DNA of 61,899 nucleotides, taken from positions 1-61,899 of the forward strand of contig JAUYLZ010000027.1 in NCBI GenBank assembly GCA_030698385.1, written 5' to 3'. Positions within the stretch are counted from its first letter, which is position 1, and the number at the start of each line of letters is the position of its first letter. The stretch is from a bacterium (GTDB lineage: Bacteria; Patescibacteriota; Patescibacteriia; Patescibacteriales; XYC2-FULL-47-12). Shown in pieces: positions 9,565 through 18,548 of the stretch. The notes below the pieces were generated by a model. It was given only the letters and a program-made list of their open reading frames with translations, did not search any database and was not told the origin of the DNA. The translations under genes and the position numbers were made by a program.

Positions 9565-9638
9565 ACCTCCGCGAATACTGAATATTTCTTAGAAAGGCTA
9601 AAGAAAAAAAAGCCGGGCGTGTTTGCTCGGCTTTTAGA
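9565..9638 (+). ncRNA. Candidate short transcript (about 75 nt) ending in a hairpin terminator
   Basis: Starts about 7 nt after the TATAAT and contains a 5' CCUCC. Ends at hairpin AGCCGGGC-N6-GCTCGGCT (9611-9632) + TTTT. No ORF. Confidence 0.3.
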
Positions 9639-9751
9639 ATATCAAATATTCAATTGGTTGCGTTTCATCCATATAATTTGCTATACTGTAATTATGCTAT
9701 CCACAGCAAAAAAAACAAAACAAAAACGAGAAAGGAGAATAATTCTCTCAG

Positions 9752-9783
9752 CCGAGCGCGTTTATGACGCGGCCGGTTTTTTT
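9752..9783 (+). terminator. Terminator/attenuator-like hairpin in the leader of the 9841 gene
   Basis: CCGAGCGCG-tttatga-CGCGGCCGG followed by a T7 run. Confidence 0.4.
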
Positions 9784-9840
9784 GTTGCGGGTTGCTACAT
9801 CGATCTTTTATAAAAAATAAACTTCTTTTTGGAGGATGTT

Positions 9841-10281
9841 ATGATCTTATCTCATGCTGACTTTATGGATTTTATACGTAGGAGTTCTAACATAGTCGGT
9901 TATCTCGGTTTAAGTATGCCGTCTAAAGGCGTTGAATTGGAGCCTGATACTCCTGTAAATTTATCTGAGGTTGGATTGATAATAGAAGGCGATTCAGAAA
10001 TACACTTGGCTCAGGAAGTAGTTAAGCTTTCTATAGAGAGAGGTAAGTGGGCTCCTAAACAGCACAAGATAAAAGTGAGTACGCGCCGAAAAAAAGCCAG
10101 TGACTCTAAAAAGTTTGTTACAGTTATTGGAATTAATGATTTGTTTGATCTGATGAAAATTGACTTTAGTCGGGTTATTTTGGTAGAACCGATGTATTTT
10201 CAGTGGCCGATGACATTAGATGATATGATTGCGAAAGGAGACTGGGAGGATATTTATGATCTTGGTTTGCAGGCCGCTTAA
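9841..10281 (+). CDS. Hypothetical protein (orphan)
   Basis: Start moved to the ATG at 9841, which has a GGAGG box 5 nt upstream. 146 aa, no recognisable motif. Terminator at 10292-10322. Confidence 0.5.
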   Translation: MILSHADFMDFIRRSSNIVGYLGLSMPSKGVELEPDTPVNLSEVGLIIEGDSEIHLAQEVVKLSIERGKWAPKQHKIKVSTRRKKASDSKKFVTVIGINDLFDLMKIDFSRVILVEPMYFQWPMTLDDMIAKGDWEDIYDLGLQAA

Positions 10282-10453
10282 TGCATTGCTGAAAGCCCGA
10301 TGTTATTTTTCGGGCTTTTTTTATTATAAAATTCTGATTAGACAAGTGTTAAATTTTAAAAATAACTATAATACTTGCAATTTTTTTTCAGATAATATAA
10401 GATAAAAATAGTTTTAACATCTCAATTAAGCAGGTGTTTTTTATTAAATTTTC

Positions 10454-12481
10454 ATGTTTAAGACACAAAAAGGTAAAATTAGATTAACGTTTGTAGTTAT
10501 TCTTTTATTGAGTATGGCTGCTTTTTTGGTTGATTTCGGCAGTGTTTATAACCGGGCGGCTGATAAGTATAATTTGCCGCAAGTTACGGAAAAGCCGTTT
10601 CAGCTGGGGCTTGATTTGCTCGGGGGCACTCATCTGGTGTATCGCGCCGATGTTTCGCAGATTTCAGCCGGAGAACAAGCCAGCGCGGTGGAGGGTGTGC
10701 GCGACGTGATAGAGCGGCGGGTAAATGTTTTTGGTCTCTCTGAGCCAAATGTGCAGACGGCTAAGGCCAGCGGCGACTACAACATAATTGTTGAGCTGGC
10801 CGGTATCAAAGATATTAATCAGGCTATTAACATGATTGGGGAAACGCCGTTGCTTGAATTCAAAGAAGAAAATACGGATCAGGCAGAACTAACCCCCGCA
10901 CAGCAAGAGGTCATGACTAAATACAATGAAGATGCTATGGCGAGAGCGCAAGTGATTTTAAACAGAGTTTTGTCAGGTGAGGACTTTGGCGCCGTTGCGC
11001 GCGAATTAAGCGAAGATGAAGAAAACAAGGATAACGGCGGCGACATTGGCTGGGTGCCGCAAAACCAACTTACACCCGATATAGCCAAGGTTGTCGCTGA
11101 TTTGAATGTCGGCGAGGTAGCTAAGAATTTGGTGGCTGATGATGCTGGCATAAATATTTTTAAATTAATCGCCAAAAGGACCGTCAAAGATGAGGCTCTG
11201 GGTCTGGATAAAAAAGAAGTAAAAGCGTCCCATCTTTTAATTTGTTACGCCGGCGCCAGTGGCTGTGAAGACACAATTACCAAAGAAGAGGCTAGGGAAA
11301 AAATAGAAGGTATAAAAAGCAAAGCAACGGCGCAGAACTTTGCCGAATTGGTCGCTCAGCATTCCACTGAACCGGGCGCCGCTGAAAGAGAAGGTGATTT
11401 GGGCTTTTTTCAATTTGAAAGCATGGTTGAGCCATTTGCCAAGGCCGCTTTTGATATGCCGGTGGGAACAATTTCTAATGTTGTCGAAACAGAGTTTGGA
11501 TTTCATTTAATATACAAACAAACCGAGAGAGTGGCTATGGAGTATAATTTTGGACGTATTTCTATACGAAAAAAAACTCCCGCTGATATTACCGGATCGC
11601 AGGACGCGTGGAAAAACACTTCTTTGACCGGCAAACAGCTGAAACGCGCCATGGTGCAATTTAACCCCAACGATGGCTCTCCGGAAATACGCCTGGAGTT
11701 TGATTCCGAAGGGAAAGATTTATTTTCTGAAATTACCAAGCGAAATATCGGTAAACCGGTGGCGATATTTCTTGATGGTGAACCGATTAGCATTCCGACC
11801 GTACAGCAGGCAATTACCTCCGGCGACGCGATTATCACCGGCCGTTTCACTATTGATGAATCAAAGCTTCTGGCGCAGCGCCTAAATGCCGGCGCGCTGC
11901 CGATACCCATTGAGCTTGTTAACCAGCAAACCGTTGGGGCGACCTTGGGGCAAATCTCGGTAGAAAAAAGCGTCAAAGCCGGAGTTATCGGCGTTCTGTT
12001 TGTCATCATCTTCATGATAGCAGTATATCGCCTGCCGGGAGTGCTGTCGGTGTTTTCTTTGGGTATTTACGGTTTGGTGGTTTTGGCCATATTTAAGCTC
12101 TGGCCGGTTACTTTAACATTAGCCGGTTTGGCCGGTTTTGTATTATCTATCGGCATGGCAGTTGATGCTAACGTGCTTATCTTCGCGCGTTTGAAAGAAG
12201 AGTTGAAGCTAGGCAAGCCGATTGGCGCGGCTATTGACGAGGCGTTTCGCAGGGCGTGGCCGTCAATTCGTGATGGAAATATTTCTACGCTTCTGACTTG
12301 TTTTATCTTAATCCAGTTCACAACCAGCATTGTCAAAGGTTTTGCCGTAACTTTATCCGTCGGCGTATTGATCAGTATGTTCAGCGCGATTGTGATTACC
12401 AAGAATTTAATGCAATTCATAATTACGGAAAAAATTTCAGAAAAAGGCTGGCTAATGGGTGTAAAAAAGAATAAAATTTAA
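10454..12481 (+). CDS. secD: Protein-export membrane protein SecD with an inserted tandem parvulin (PpiC-type PPIase) module
   Basis: 675-aa ORF with an N-terminal TM helix and a C-terminal 6-TM SecD/F domain (GMAVDANVLIFARLKEE). Residues about 150-365 look like two rotamase units (GGDIGWV...; ASHLLI...GDLGFF...FGFHLIYK). Confidence 0.9.
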   Translation: MFKTQKGKIRLTFVVILLLSMAAFLVDFGSVYNRAADKYNLPQVTEKPFQLGLDLLGGTHLVYRADVSQISAGEQASAVEGVRDVIERRVNVFGLSEPNVQTAKASGDYNIIVELAGIKDINQAINMIGETPLLEFKEENTDQAELTPAQQEVMTKYNEDAMARAQVILNRVLSGEDFGAVARELSEDEENKDNGGDIGWVPQNQLTPDIAKVVADLNVGEVAKNLVADDAGINIFKLIAKRTVKDEALGLDKKEVKASHLLICYAGASGCEDTITKEEAREKIEGIKSKATAQNFAELVAQHSTEPGAAEREGDLGFFQFESMVEPFAKAAFDMPVGTISNVVETEFGFHLIYKQTERVAMEYNFGRISIRKKTPADITGSQDAWKNTSLTGKQLKRAMVQFNPNDGSPEIRLEFDSEGKDLFSEITKRNIGKPVAIFLDGEPISIPTVQQAITSGDAIITGRFTIDESKLLAQRLNAGALPIPIELVNQQTVGATLGQISVEKSVKAGVIGVLFVIIFMIAVYRLPGVLSVFSLGIYGLVVLAIFKLWPVTLTLAGLAGFVLSIGMAVDANVLIFARLKEELKLGKPIGAAIDEAFRRAWPSIRDGNISTLLTCFILIQFTTSIVKGFAVTLSVGVLISMFSAIVITKNLMQFIITEKISEKGWLMGVKKNKI

Positions 12482-12486
12482 TTTTT

Positions 12487-13377
12487 ATGAATATTATCGC
12501 AAAATCAAAAATATGGCTGAGCATCATGTTGGTTGTAACATTAACCAGCATTATCTTCTTCGTTGTTTTTGGCCTGAAGCTCGGTATTGATTTTACCGGC
12601 GGCAGTTTGCTCGAGGTGAATTTTTCTTCTCAGCGTCCGGATAAAGAACAGATTGAGAAGGCTCTGTCCGGACTAAATCTTGGCGGCGTTTTAGTACAGC
12701 CGGTTGATGAAGCAAACATTCTATTGCGCTTCAAAGACGTTGACGAAGATACGCATCAGCGCGTTTTAGAGAGTTTGAAATCACTATCTGCTGACGGCGG
12801 TATTGAAGAACTGCGTTTTGAGTCTGTCGGTCCCAGTGTTGGCAAAGAGTTAAAGCGCAGGTCGGTATATGCCATGGTGATAGTATTGATAGTGATCATT
12901 GCCTATATTGCCTGGTCGTTTCGGAAAGTATCAAAACCTCTCGCCTCCTGGAAATACGGTGTCGCGGCGGTAGTCGCGTTGTTTCACGATGTTTTGCTGG
13001 TTATCGGAGTTTTTTCTATTTTGGGAAGGTACTACGGCGTAGAGGTGGATGTCGCTTTCATAGCGGCGATTTTAACTGTATTGGGCTATTCGATAAATGA
13101 CACGATTGTCGTTTTTGATCGCATTCGCGAGAATTTACCGCGCAGTAATGAGGATTTTGCCGGTACGGTCAATACCAGTATTAACCAGACACTGGTACGT
13201 TCACTAAATACGTCGATAACCACTCTGCTCGTATTGGTTGCCATTTTCTTTTTTGGCGGAGACAGTATTCATTACTTTGTTTTAGCTTTGATTATCGGCA
13301 TCTCGGCCGGCGCGTACAGCTCTATTTTTATCGCCAGCCCGATAGTTGTTGAGTGGGAAAAAATGCAGAAAAAATAA
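12487..13377 (+). CDS. secF: Protein-export membrane protein SecF
   Basis: 296-aa ORF with motifs GIDFTGGS and YSINDTIVVFDRIRE, directly downstream of secD. Confidence 0.9.
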   Translation: MNIIAKSKIWLSIMLVVTLTSIIFFVVFGLKLGIDFTGGSLLEVNFSSQRPDKEQIEKALSGLNLGGVLVQPVDEANILLRFKDVDEDTHQRVLESLKSLSADGGIEELRFESVGPSVGKELKRRSVYAMVIVLIVIIAYIAWSFRKVSKPLASWKYGVAAVVALFHDVLLVIGVFSILGRYYGVEVDVAFIAAILTVLGYSINDTIVVFDRIRENLPRSNEDFAGTVNTSINQTLVRSLNTSITTLLVLVAIFFFGGDSIHYFVLALIIGISAGAYSSIFIASPIVVEWEKMQKK

Positions 13378-13410
13378 AATTATTAAAATACTCCAGAAAG
13401 GAGAACGCCA

Positions 13411-13590
13411 ATGAGCGTGGATTTGAGTATTGATATGTCTGTTCCTTTTCAATTAGTAGTTGATCAAAATTTACCAGCTGAAGATGAGGAAGATGCTCAT
13501 AGCCTAGCGCTGGAAGAAATAGCTATTAATGGCACTAGACGAGAACTTTTAGCATATCTTTCTTTAATAAGAGGTCGAGAAAATGACTAG
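13411..13590 (+). CDS. Small acidic hypothetical protein (59 aa, below the ORF-track cutoff)
   Basis: ATG at 13411 has AAGGAG 6 nt upstream. Its stop overlaps the start of the next ORF (ATGACTAG). Confidence 0.35.
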   Translation: MSVDLSIDMSVPFQLVVDQNLPAEDEEDAHSLALEEIAINGTRRELLAYLSLIRGREND

Positions 13591-13891
13591 CGATGAAACT
13601 GCGATTGAGGTGTTAAAAAATGTTAGGCTTATTTTGATTAACCGTTTAAATTTAAAAAGCAACGAAGATCTGCAAAGAATTATTGATTTTGAAGCTGAAG
13701 TTATTAATAATCCGGAGGATTTAAATAAAGACCCCTTGAATATTAATAATAATAAACAAGCTGAAAAAAGTTTGTCTGCCCCATCCTTGCTGGCGCGTAC
13801 TCCCAGACAGTGGTTAACTGTGCTGTTTAAGGAGTTGCCATATTTGAAAGATATTCATGGCAAAGTCGCGTTGCCCTGCGCAAAAAATTAA
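13583..13891 (+). CDS. Hypothetical protein
   Basis: 102-aa ORF with a GAGGT box upstream. Start overlaps the preceding small ORF. Terminator at 13901-13930. Confidence 0.45.
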   Translation: MTSDETAIEVLKNVRLILINRLNLKSNEDLQRIIDFEAEVINNPEDLNKDPLNINNNKQAEKSLSAPSLLARTPRQWLTVLFKELPYLKDIHGKVALPCAKN

Positions 13892-13940
13892 AAATAAAAA
13901 AGGCGTTTAATTGCAAACGCCTTATTTTTTTTACTACTTA

Positions 13941-14360
13941 TTACTTACTATTTTTTTTGTAAATTGCCCATTCCTTAATATTTTCATATAGCCATACAAC
14001 GTCATTTTGAGTGTAGCTGTTTTTTTCAATTTTTTTTACGTAGCGATAGTCGCGTAACATACGCAGCGCATCCACCTCTAACTTCGCCTCCGCATTTTTT
14101 ATGTAGGTGGAAAAATCAAAGACGTATACGCCGTTGAGACGGGCGACTACCAAACATTTTTCCTGGCTTTCTAATTCAGCAATTGGTTTAATGAAGATAG
14201 TTAGTTCTTCATTGGTAACGGCGCTGCCGGTAATTATTAAGTTAAGCTTAACATCACATTCATTGATTTGGGTGGTTTGGGTAATATTGGTAGGTGGCGT
14301 CGTTGCGCAAGCAAGGATGAAAAATTGAATACAAAGAAAAAAAGAACATAATACTCTCAT
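13941..14360 (-). CDS. Putative lipoprotein (hypothetical)
   Basis: 139-aa ORF with a signal peptide and lipobox (FFILAC) and an AGGAG box upstream. Confidence 0.5.
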   Translation of the reverse strand: MRVLCSFFLCIQFFILACATTPPTNITQTTQINECDVKLNLIITGSAVTNEELTIFIKPIAELESQEKCLVVARLNGVYVFDFSTYIKNAEAKLEVDALRMLRDYRYVKKIEKNSYTQNDVVWLYENIKEWAIYKKNSK

Positions 14361-14451
14361 GATTAAGTCTCCTTTTTTAAAAAAAGTTTTTTTACAGACT
14401 AATAATAACTTAGTTTACTCAAAGAAATTAAAAGTGTCAAGTATGGTTAAT

Positions 14452-15387
14452 TTATAGCTTATGTCCTTTTAAAAATTCCTCGCCGCTCATTACCTTTTTT
14501 CCTTCCGGTTGAAGTTTATTTATAATGAGAGCGTTTTGACCGCACTGCGCGGCGAGTTGTTTATTGTATATAAAAAGCGTACCGATTTCATTTTCGTTAG
14601 CATTAAGTACTTGGTTGTCAACTTTGATTATTTTTAGTTTTTTATTATTGTAAAAAAACCAAGCGCCCGGCCAGGGATAGTAAGCGCGCGTTAGCCGTTC
14701 AATTTCAGCCGCCGATTTATTCCAGTTGATTTTGCCGCTGGCGCGGGTTAATTTTGCAGCTTTGGTCGCGGTACTTTCATTTTGCGCGCGCGATCGCAGT
14801 TTGCCTAGTAAATAATCCTCCAGATATTTAATAATTACTTCGGCGCTGAGTTGTGAGAGCCGGTCGTGCAATGATTCGCCGGTTTCATCATTTTTAAGGT
14901 TAATTTTTTCCTGCGCGATAATTGGTCCGGTATCGCAACCCGCGTCCATTTTCATCAAAGTTACGCCGGTTTCCGCGTCACCAGCCGCAACCGCGCTCTG
15001 GATCGGCGAAGCGCCGCGGTATTTTGGCAGAAGCGAGGCGTGTAAATTAAGACAGCCATGTTTTGGCAGATCCAGAATTTGCCGGGGCAATATTTGGCCG
15101 TAGGCAATGGTGATAATAATGTCAGGGTTTAATTCACTTATGAAGACGGACAAGCGCTTATCCGCCTTCAGAGAAGCTGGTTGTAATACTGGAATGTTAT
15201 TTTTTCCCGCCGCCACTTTCACCGGCGGGGGAGTAAGGATTTGTTTTCGCCCGACCTTGGCATCAGGCGCGGTAACTACGGCGGCAACATTAAAACGCTC
15301 ATCATTGATAAGCGCTTGCAGAGTCGGCACGGAAAAGTCCGGCGTGCCGATAAATATAATTTGAAATTTTGATGTATTTTTTGTCAT
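14452..15387 (-). CDS. fmt: Methionyl-tRNA formyltransferase
   Basis: 311-aa ORF with the formyltransferase motif NLHASLLPKYRGASPIQ. Located in the def-fmt context. Confidence 0.93.
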   Translation of the reverse strand: MTKNTSKFQIIFIGTPDFSVPTLQALINDERFNVAAVVTAPDAKVGRKQILTPPPVKVAAGKNNIPVLQPASLKADKRLSVFISELNPDIIITIAYGQILPRQILDLPKHGCLNLHASLLPKYRGASPIQSAVAAGDAETGVTLMKMDAGCDTGPIIAQEKINLKNDETGESLHDRLSQLSAEVIIKYLEDYLLGKLRSRAQNESTATKAAKLTRASGKINWNKSAAEIERLTRAYYPWPGAWFFYNNKKLKIIKVDNQVLNANENEIGTLFIYNKQLAAQCGQNALIINKLQPEGKKVMSGEEFLKGHKL

Positions 15388-15403
15388 TCGAGTTGACCAA
15401 ATT

Positions 15404-15868
15404 TTAAACTGGCGGCTGTTTTTTCTTTGGTAAATAATCTATAAACAAAATTCCCTCCAAGTGATCAACTTCGTGCTGGATAACGCGCGCGAAAAGGCCT
15501 TCCGCTTTCAGCTTGACAGTTTTGTCTTCCAAATCAGTATAGATTACGTTAATTTTTTTACTGCGTTTGACCGGTCCGAAAAAGTCAGGAATGGAAAGAC
15601 AGCCTTCTTCGCCCACTTCTTTGGCCCAGAATTTCTTGGTAATTTTTGGATTTATCATCGCCACTATTCCATCCTTGGTATTGATAATAATCAGCCTGAT
15701 ATTTTTTCCAATCTGCGGCGCTGATAAACCGACGCCGTCTTTAGCAATCATTGTGTGTCCCATATCCAAAACCAGTTGACGGATTTCTTTGTCAACTTTT
15801 TTTATATTAATACTTTTTTTACGCAAAATATTGTCAGGATAGATAATGATTGGTAGTATGTTTGGCAT
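15404..15868 (-). CDS. def: Peptide deformylase
   Basis: 154-aa ORF with all three PDF motifs: GLSAPQIG, EGCLSIP and HEVDHLEG. Confidence 0.93.
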   Translation of the reverse strand: MPNILPIIIYPDNILRKKSINIKKVDKEIRQLVLDMGHTMIAKDGVGLSAPQIGKNIRLIIINTKDGIVAMINPKITKKFWAKEVGEEGCLSIPDFFGPVKRSKKINVIYTDLEDKTVKLKAEGLFARVIQHEVDHLEGILFIDYLPKKKQPPV

Positions 15869-15877
15869 TTTTTCAAT

Positions 15878-17803
15878 TTAAGTAAGCGGATCAACGTCGA
15901 TACTCCATGAATTTGACAAATCTTTTAGTATATTTTCTAGTATAGCATTTTTTTGATTAATGTCAAGTTTTACTACAATATTTTTTTGCCAAAAGTTGCG
16001 AATCTTAGGATTAATCGGTTGATTTGGGCCAATTATATTTAAAAGCGGTAATTGCTTTTTTAAATCTTGCGCGACCCGATTTGTTTCTTTGATTAAATAA
16101 TCATAATCATCGCTTTTACATAGCAATTTTATCATTTTAACATAGGGCGGGTAGGCGTATTTTTTTCGCATTAGCAGTTCATTTTTATAAAAACTTTCAT
16201 CATTTAGATTATTTAGGTTTTTTTGCAGAGCAGTCAAAATTTTTGCGTCTGGTTTGTAAGTCTGAAAAATGACGCTGACCGCGTTAGTTTGCCTGGCGAG
16301 CGAATGCAGAATTTGCCAGGCCTTTTCATCATTGTGCCAATCTGGAAAATTCAAAATAGAGTCAATATTGAGCGCCGCGACCAAGCCGAGATTTTCGGCA
16401 TTTAGTCTAATGCTGATTTGCGTGCCGATTAAAACATCAGCTCGATTATGCCGCCAGTTCGCGGTATTATTGCTCAGATTTTTATACTGTGAATTTTCAC
16501 TGGCATCCAGTCTTTGGATGGAAGCGCCGGGAAACAGCTTTTTGAACTCCTCAACCACGCGTTCAATGCCAATGCCAAAGCCTTTGATTCGTTCCGATGA
16601 GCATCGCGGACATTTTAGCGGCGAGATCATTTTTACGCTGCAATGGCCGCAGGTCAGCGTTTTGCTCAGATGTTCAATCAGCGCGATATCGCAGTTCGGA
16701 CAGCGCAGTACGTGCCCGCAATCGCGGCACATGACAAAGGTGGCGGCGGCGCGGCGGTTTACAAAGATTAGGATTTGTTTTTTGGCCGCCAAGTTTTCGG
16801 CAATAGCATTGTGGAGTTCGTAGGAAAATATCGAGTAGTTTTGCTGGCGCAGTTCGGAACGCATGTCGATGATTTTTAGATCAGAAATATTTTTTTTATC
16901 CAATAGTATTAGCTGGTCCAGTTTATTTTTTTTTATGGCGACAAAAGCTTTTACCGAAGGAACGCAGCCGCCGTAGATAATATCGGCGCCGCAGTTCTCG
17001 GCTTTTATCTGCGCCAAATGACGCGCGTTGTAGCGCGGATTCATGTCCCACTGCTTGTAGCTAAGGTCAGCCTCTTCATTGACAATAATTAATCCTAGGT
17101 TGTGAAAAGATAAAAAAATCGATTGGCGAGTGCCGGCGACAATTTTTGCGTCATTTGTCTGCAGTCGCCGCCAGGCAATTAGCTCCTCGGTTTTGTTCAG
17201 ATTATTATGGTAGATCAAAAAATCTTTTTTTTCAAAGTTTTCCGCCAGCGAACTCTCCATTTGCGTTAAGAGCGCGGTTTCAGGCGCCATCAGCAAAACT
17301 TGTTTTTTTTCGGCGATAACTTTTTTGATAATTTCGAAGTACTTTTTTTGCCTTTGCTGGTTTGTCCCCAAAATGATTTTTGGTTTCCTTAAATTTTTAC
17401 CGGCGGAAAAATTTCCGGCTAGCTTCAGATCCAAGCTATCCATGGCTTTTTCAAACTTCGCGCTTTTTCTTTTCAATGGCTTGGGCAGGGAAAATTTAAA
17501 AATCAAACCCAGCGAGGCAAAATAATAATCAGAGACTAACTCAGCCAGCGCCAAATCTTTTTCATGAATAAAAGGGATTGGATCGGCAATCCCCAGAATT
17601 TTTTTGTAAATTATGTCCTTATTTGCGTCGGCAGGCAGTTGATCAAAAATGCTTACGACCACGCCGGTAGTTTTCTGATTGTAGAGCCTGATATCAACAA
17701 TTTGTCCGAACTTAATTTCATTCGCAAAATCGGCCACGTCGTATGTGTACGACTGGAGGCGGGAAAGAGGCAGTTTGGTTAGAGGGATGATATTGGCGTA
17801 CAT
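15878..17803 (-). CDS. priA: Primosomal protein N' (PriA) homolog with degenerate ATPase motifs
   Basis: 641-aa ORF that is colinear with PriA and keeps the Cys-rich zinc module (CRDCGHVLRCPNCD...CGHCS...CPRCSS). Walker A reads GTNQQRQKK and Walker B reads NEEA. Confidence 0.85.
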   Translation of the reverse strand: MYANIIPLTKLPLSRLQSYTYDVADFANEIKFGQIVDIRLYNQKTTGVVVSIFDQLPADANKDIIYKKILGIADPIPFIHEKDLALAELVSDYYFASLGLIFKFSLPKPLKRKSAKFEKAMDSLDLKLAGNFSAGKNLRKPKIILGTNQQRQKKYFEIIKKVIAEKKQVLLMAPETALLTQMESSLAENFEKKDFLIYHNNLNKTEELIAWRRLQTNDAKIVAGTRQSIFLSFHNLGLIIVNEEADLSYKQWDMNPRYNARHLAQIKAENCGADIIYGGCVPSVKAFVAIKKNKLDQLILLDKKNISDLKIIDMRSELRQQNYSIFSYELHNAIAENLAAKKQILIFVNRRAAATFVMCRDCGHVLRCPNCDIALIEHLSKTLTCGHCSVKMISPLKCPRCSSERIKGFGIGIERVVEEFKKLFPGASIQRLDASENSQYKNLSNNTANWRHNRADVLIGTQISIRLNAENLGLVAALNIDSILNFPDWHNDEKAWQILHSLARQTNAVSVIFQTYKPDAKILTALQKNLNNLNDESFYKNELLMRKKYAYPPYVKMIKLLCKSDDYDYLIKETNRVAQDLKKQLPLLNIIGPNQPINPKIRNFWQKNIVVKLDINQKNAILENILKDLSNSWSIDVDPLT

Positions 17804-18042
17804 ATAATTCGCGTAGCGCGTAACGCAAAGCGCGTAACGTACTATTCATTTAAGTGGTCGCTATGCGTTAGGCGGCGCCTTACTTTATTAGTATGATTTT
17901 TGGGTATTGTTAAGGTTATAAAAACAAAAACCACCCGTAGATTACCGAGCGGTTTTAGCTTAGCATTAAACTTAGGGTTTGGTCAAAATTGCATATTTTC
18001 AAATCTTTGACAACTAATAAAAAGAATGTTAGTACATAATGT

Positions 18043-18078
18043 AAAAACCGTTCCGAGTGCTCGGGACGGTCTTTTTTT
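18043..18078. terminator. Bidirectional rho-independent terminator
   Basis: ACCGTTCCGAG-tg-CTCGGGACGGT flanked by A5 and T7. Confidence 0.6.
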
Positions 18079-18201
18079 ACGCAAAATAAATTAAATTAAT
18101 CTTTTCAGTTTTTTTCGGCAACGGTTTCAGCTTCATTTTGATCCTGACTCAAAATCTCCTTATTTTTTTATCAAACCTAAAACATAGACAATTTCTTCCG
18201 C

Positions 18202-18408
18202 TTATTTTGGATATTTTTTTATAATATCCTCCAGCATTTTTTTTGTCTCTAAATCTTGGATAGTATCCAAAGCTCTTTTTGCCTCTTTAATATAGAAATA
18301 TCTGATGTTATTTCCGTGCAGGTCTTCGCAAGGATTGTTAATATGTTTAATTAGAAAAAGAGTTAATTCCATATCTGTTACTTTTTCTTTTTTTTCAAAA
18401 TTTTCCAT
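18202..18408 (-). CDS. Hypothetical protein
   Basis: 68-aa ORF with no motif. Last gene before the terminator. Confidence 0.4.
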   Translation of the reverse strand: MENFEKKEKVTDMELTLFLIKHINNPCEDLHGNNIRYFYIKEAKRALDTIQDLETKKMLEDIIKKYPK

Positions 18409-18548
18409 ATTTGTATATATGTTATTTCATCGTATTTCCGTATATCATTGGGTATATACGAAGTTTTTTCTGAATCCGCCGACGACTAAAAATGGTGAGA
18501 GCACAGCGGGTCGCGAAGCGGTAGCGGAGTGAGTTAGGAGGACACACT

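Noticed and set aside
9619-9813. 64-aa ORF as listed in the track.
   Set aside because: Its 5' part runs through a terminator hairpin and a promoter. Only the 39-codon version starting at 9694 has a plausible (leaderless) start, and even that is uncertain.
18043-18078. Palindrome CCGAGTGCTCGG considered as a fourth copy of the CGAGTACTCG operator.
   Set aside because: It sits inside a longer stem flanked by A- and T-runs (a bidirectional terminator), is not fused to a -35 box, and has a different centre (TG rather than TA).

Two other hairpins also read as terminators:
- CCCGAG...CTCGGG at 5191-5218
- 49481-49510
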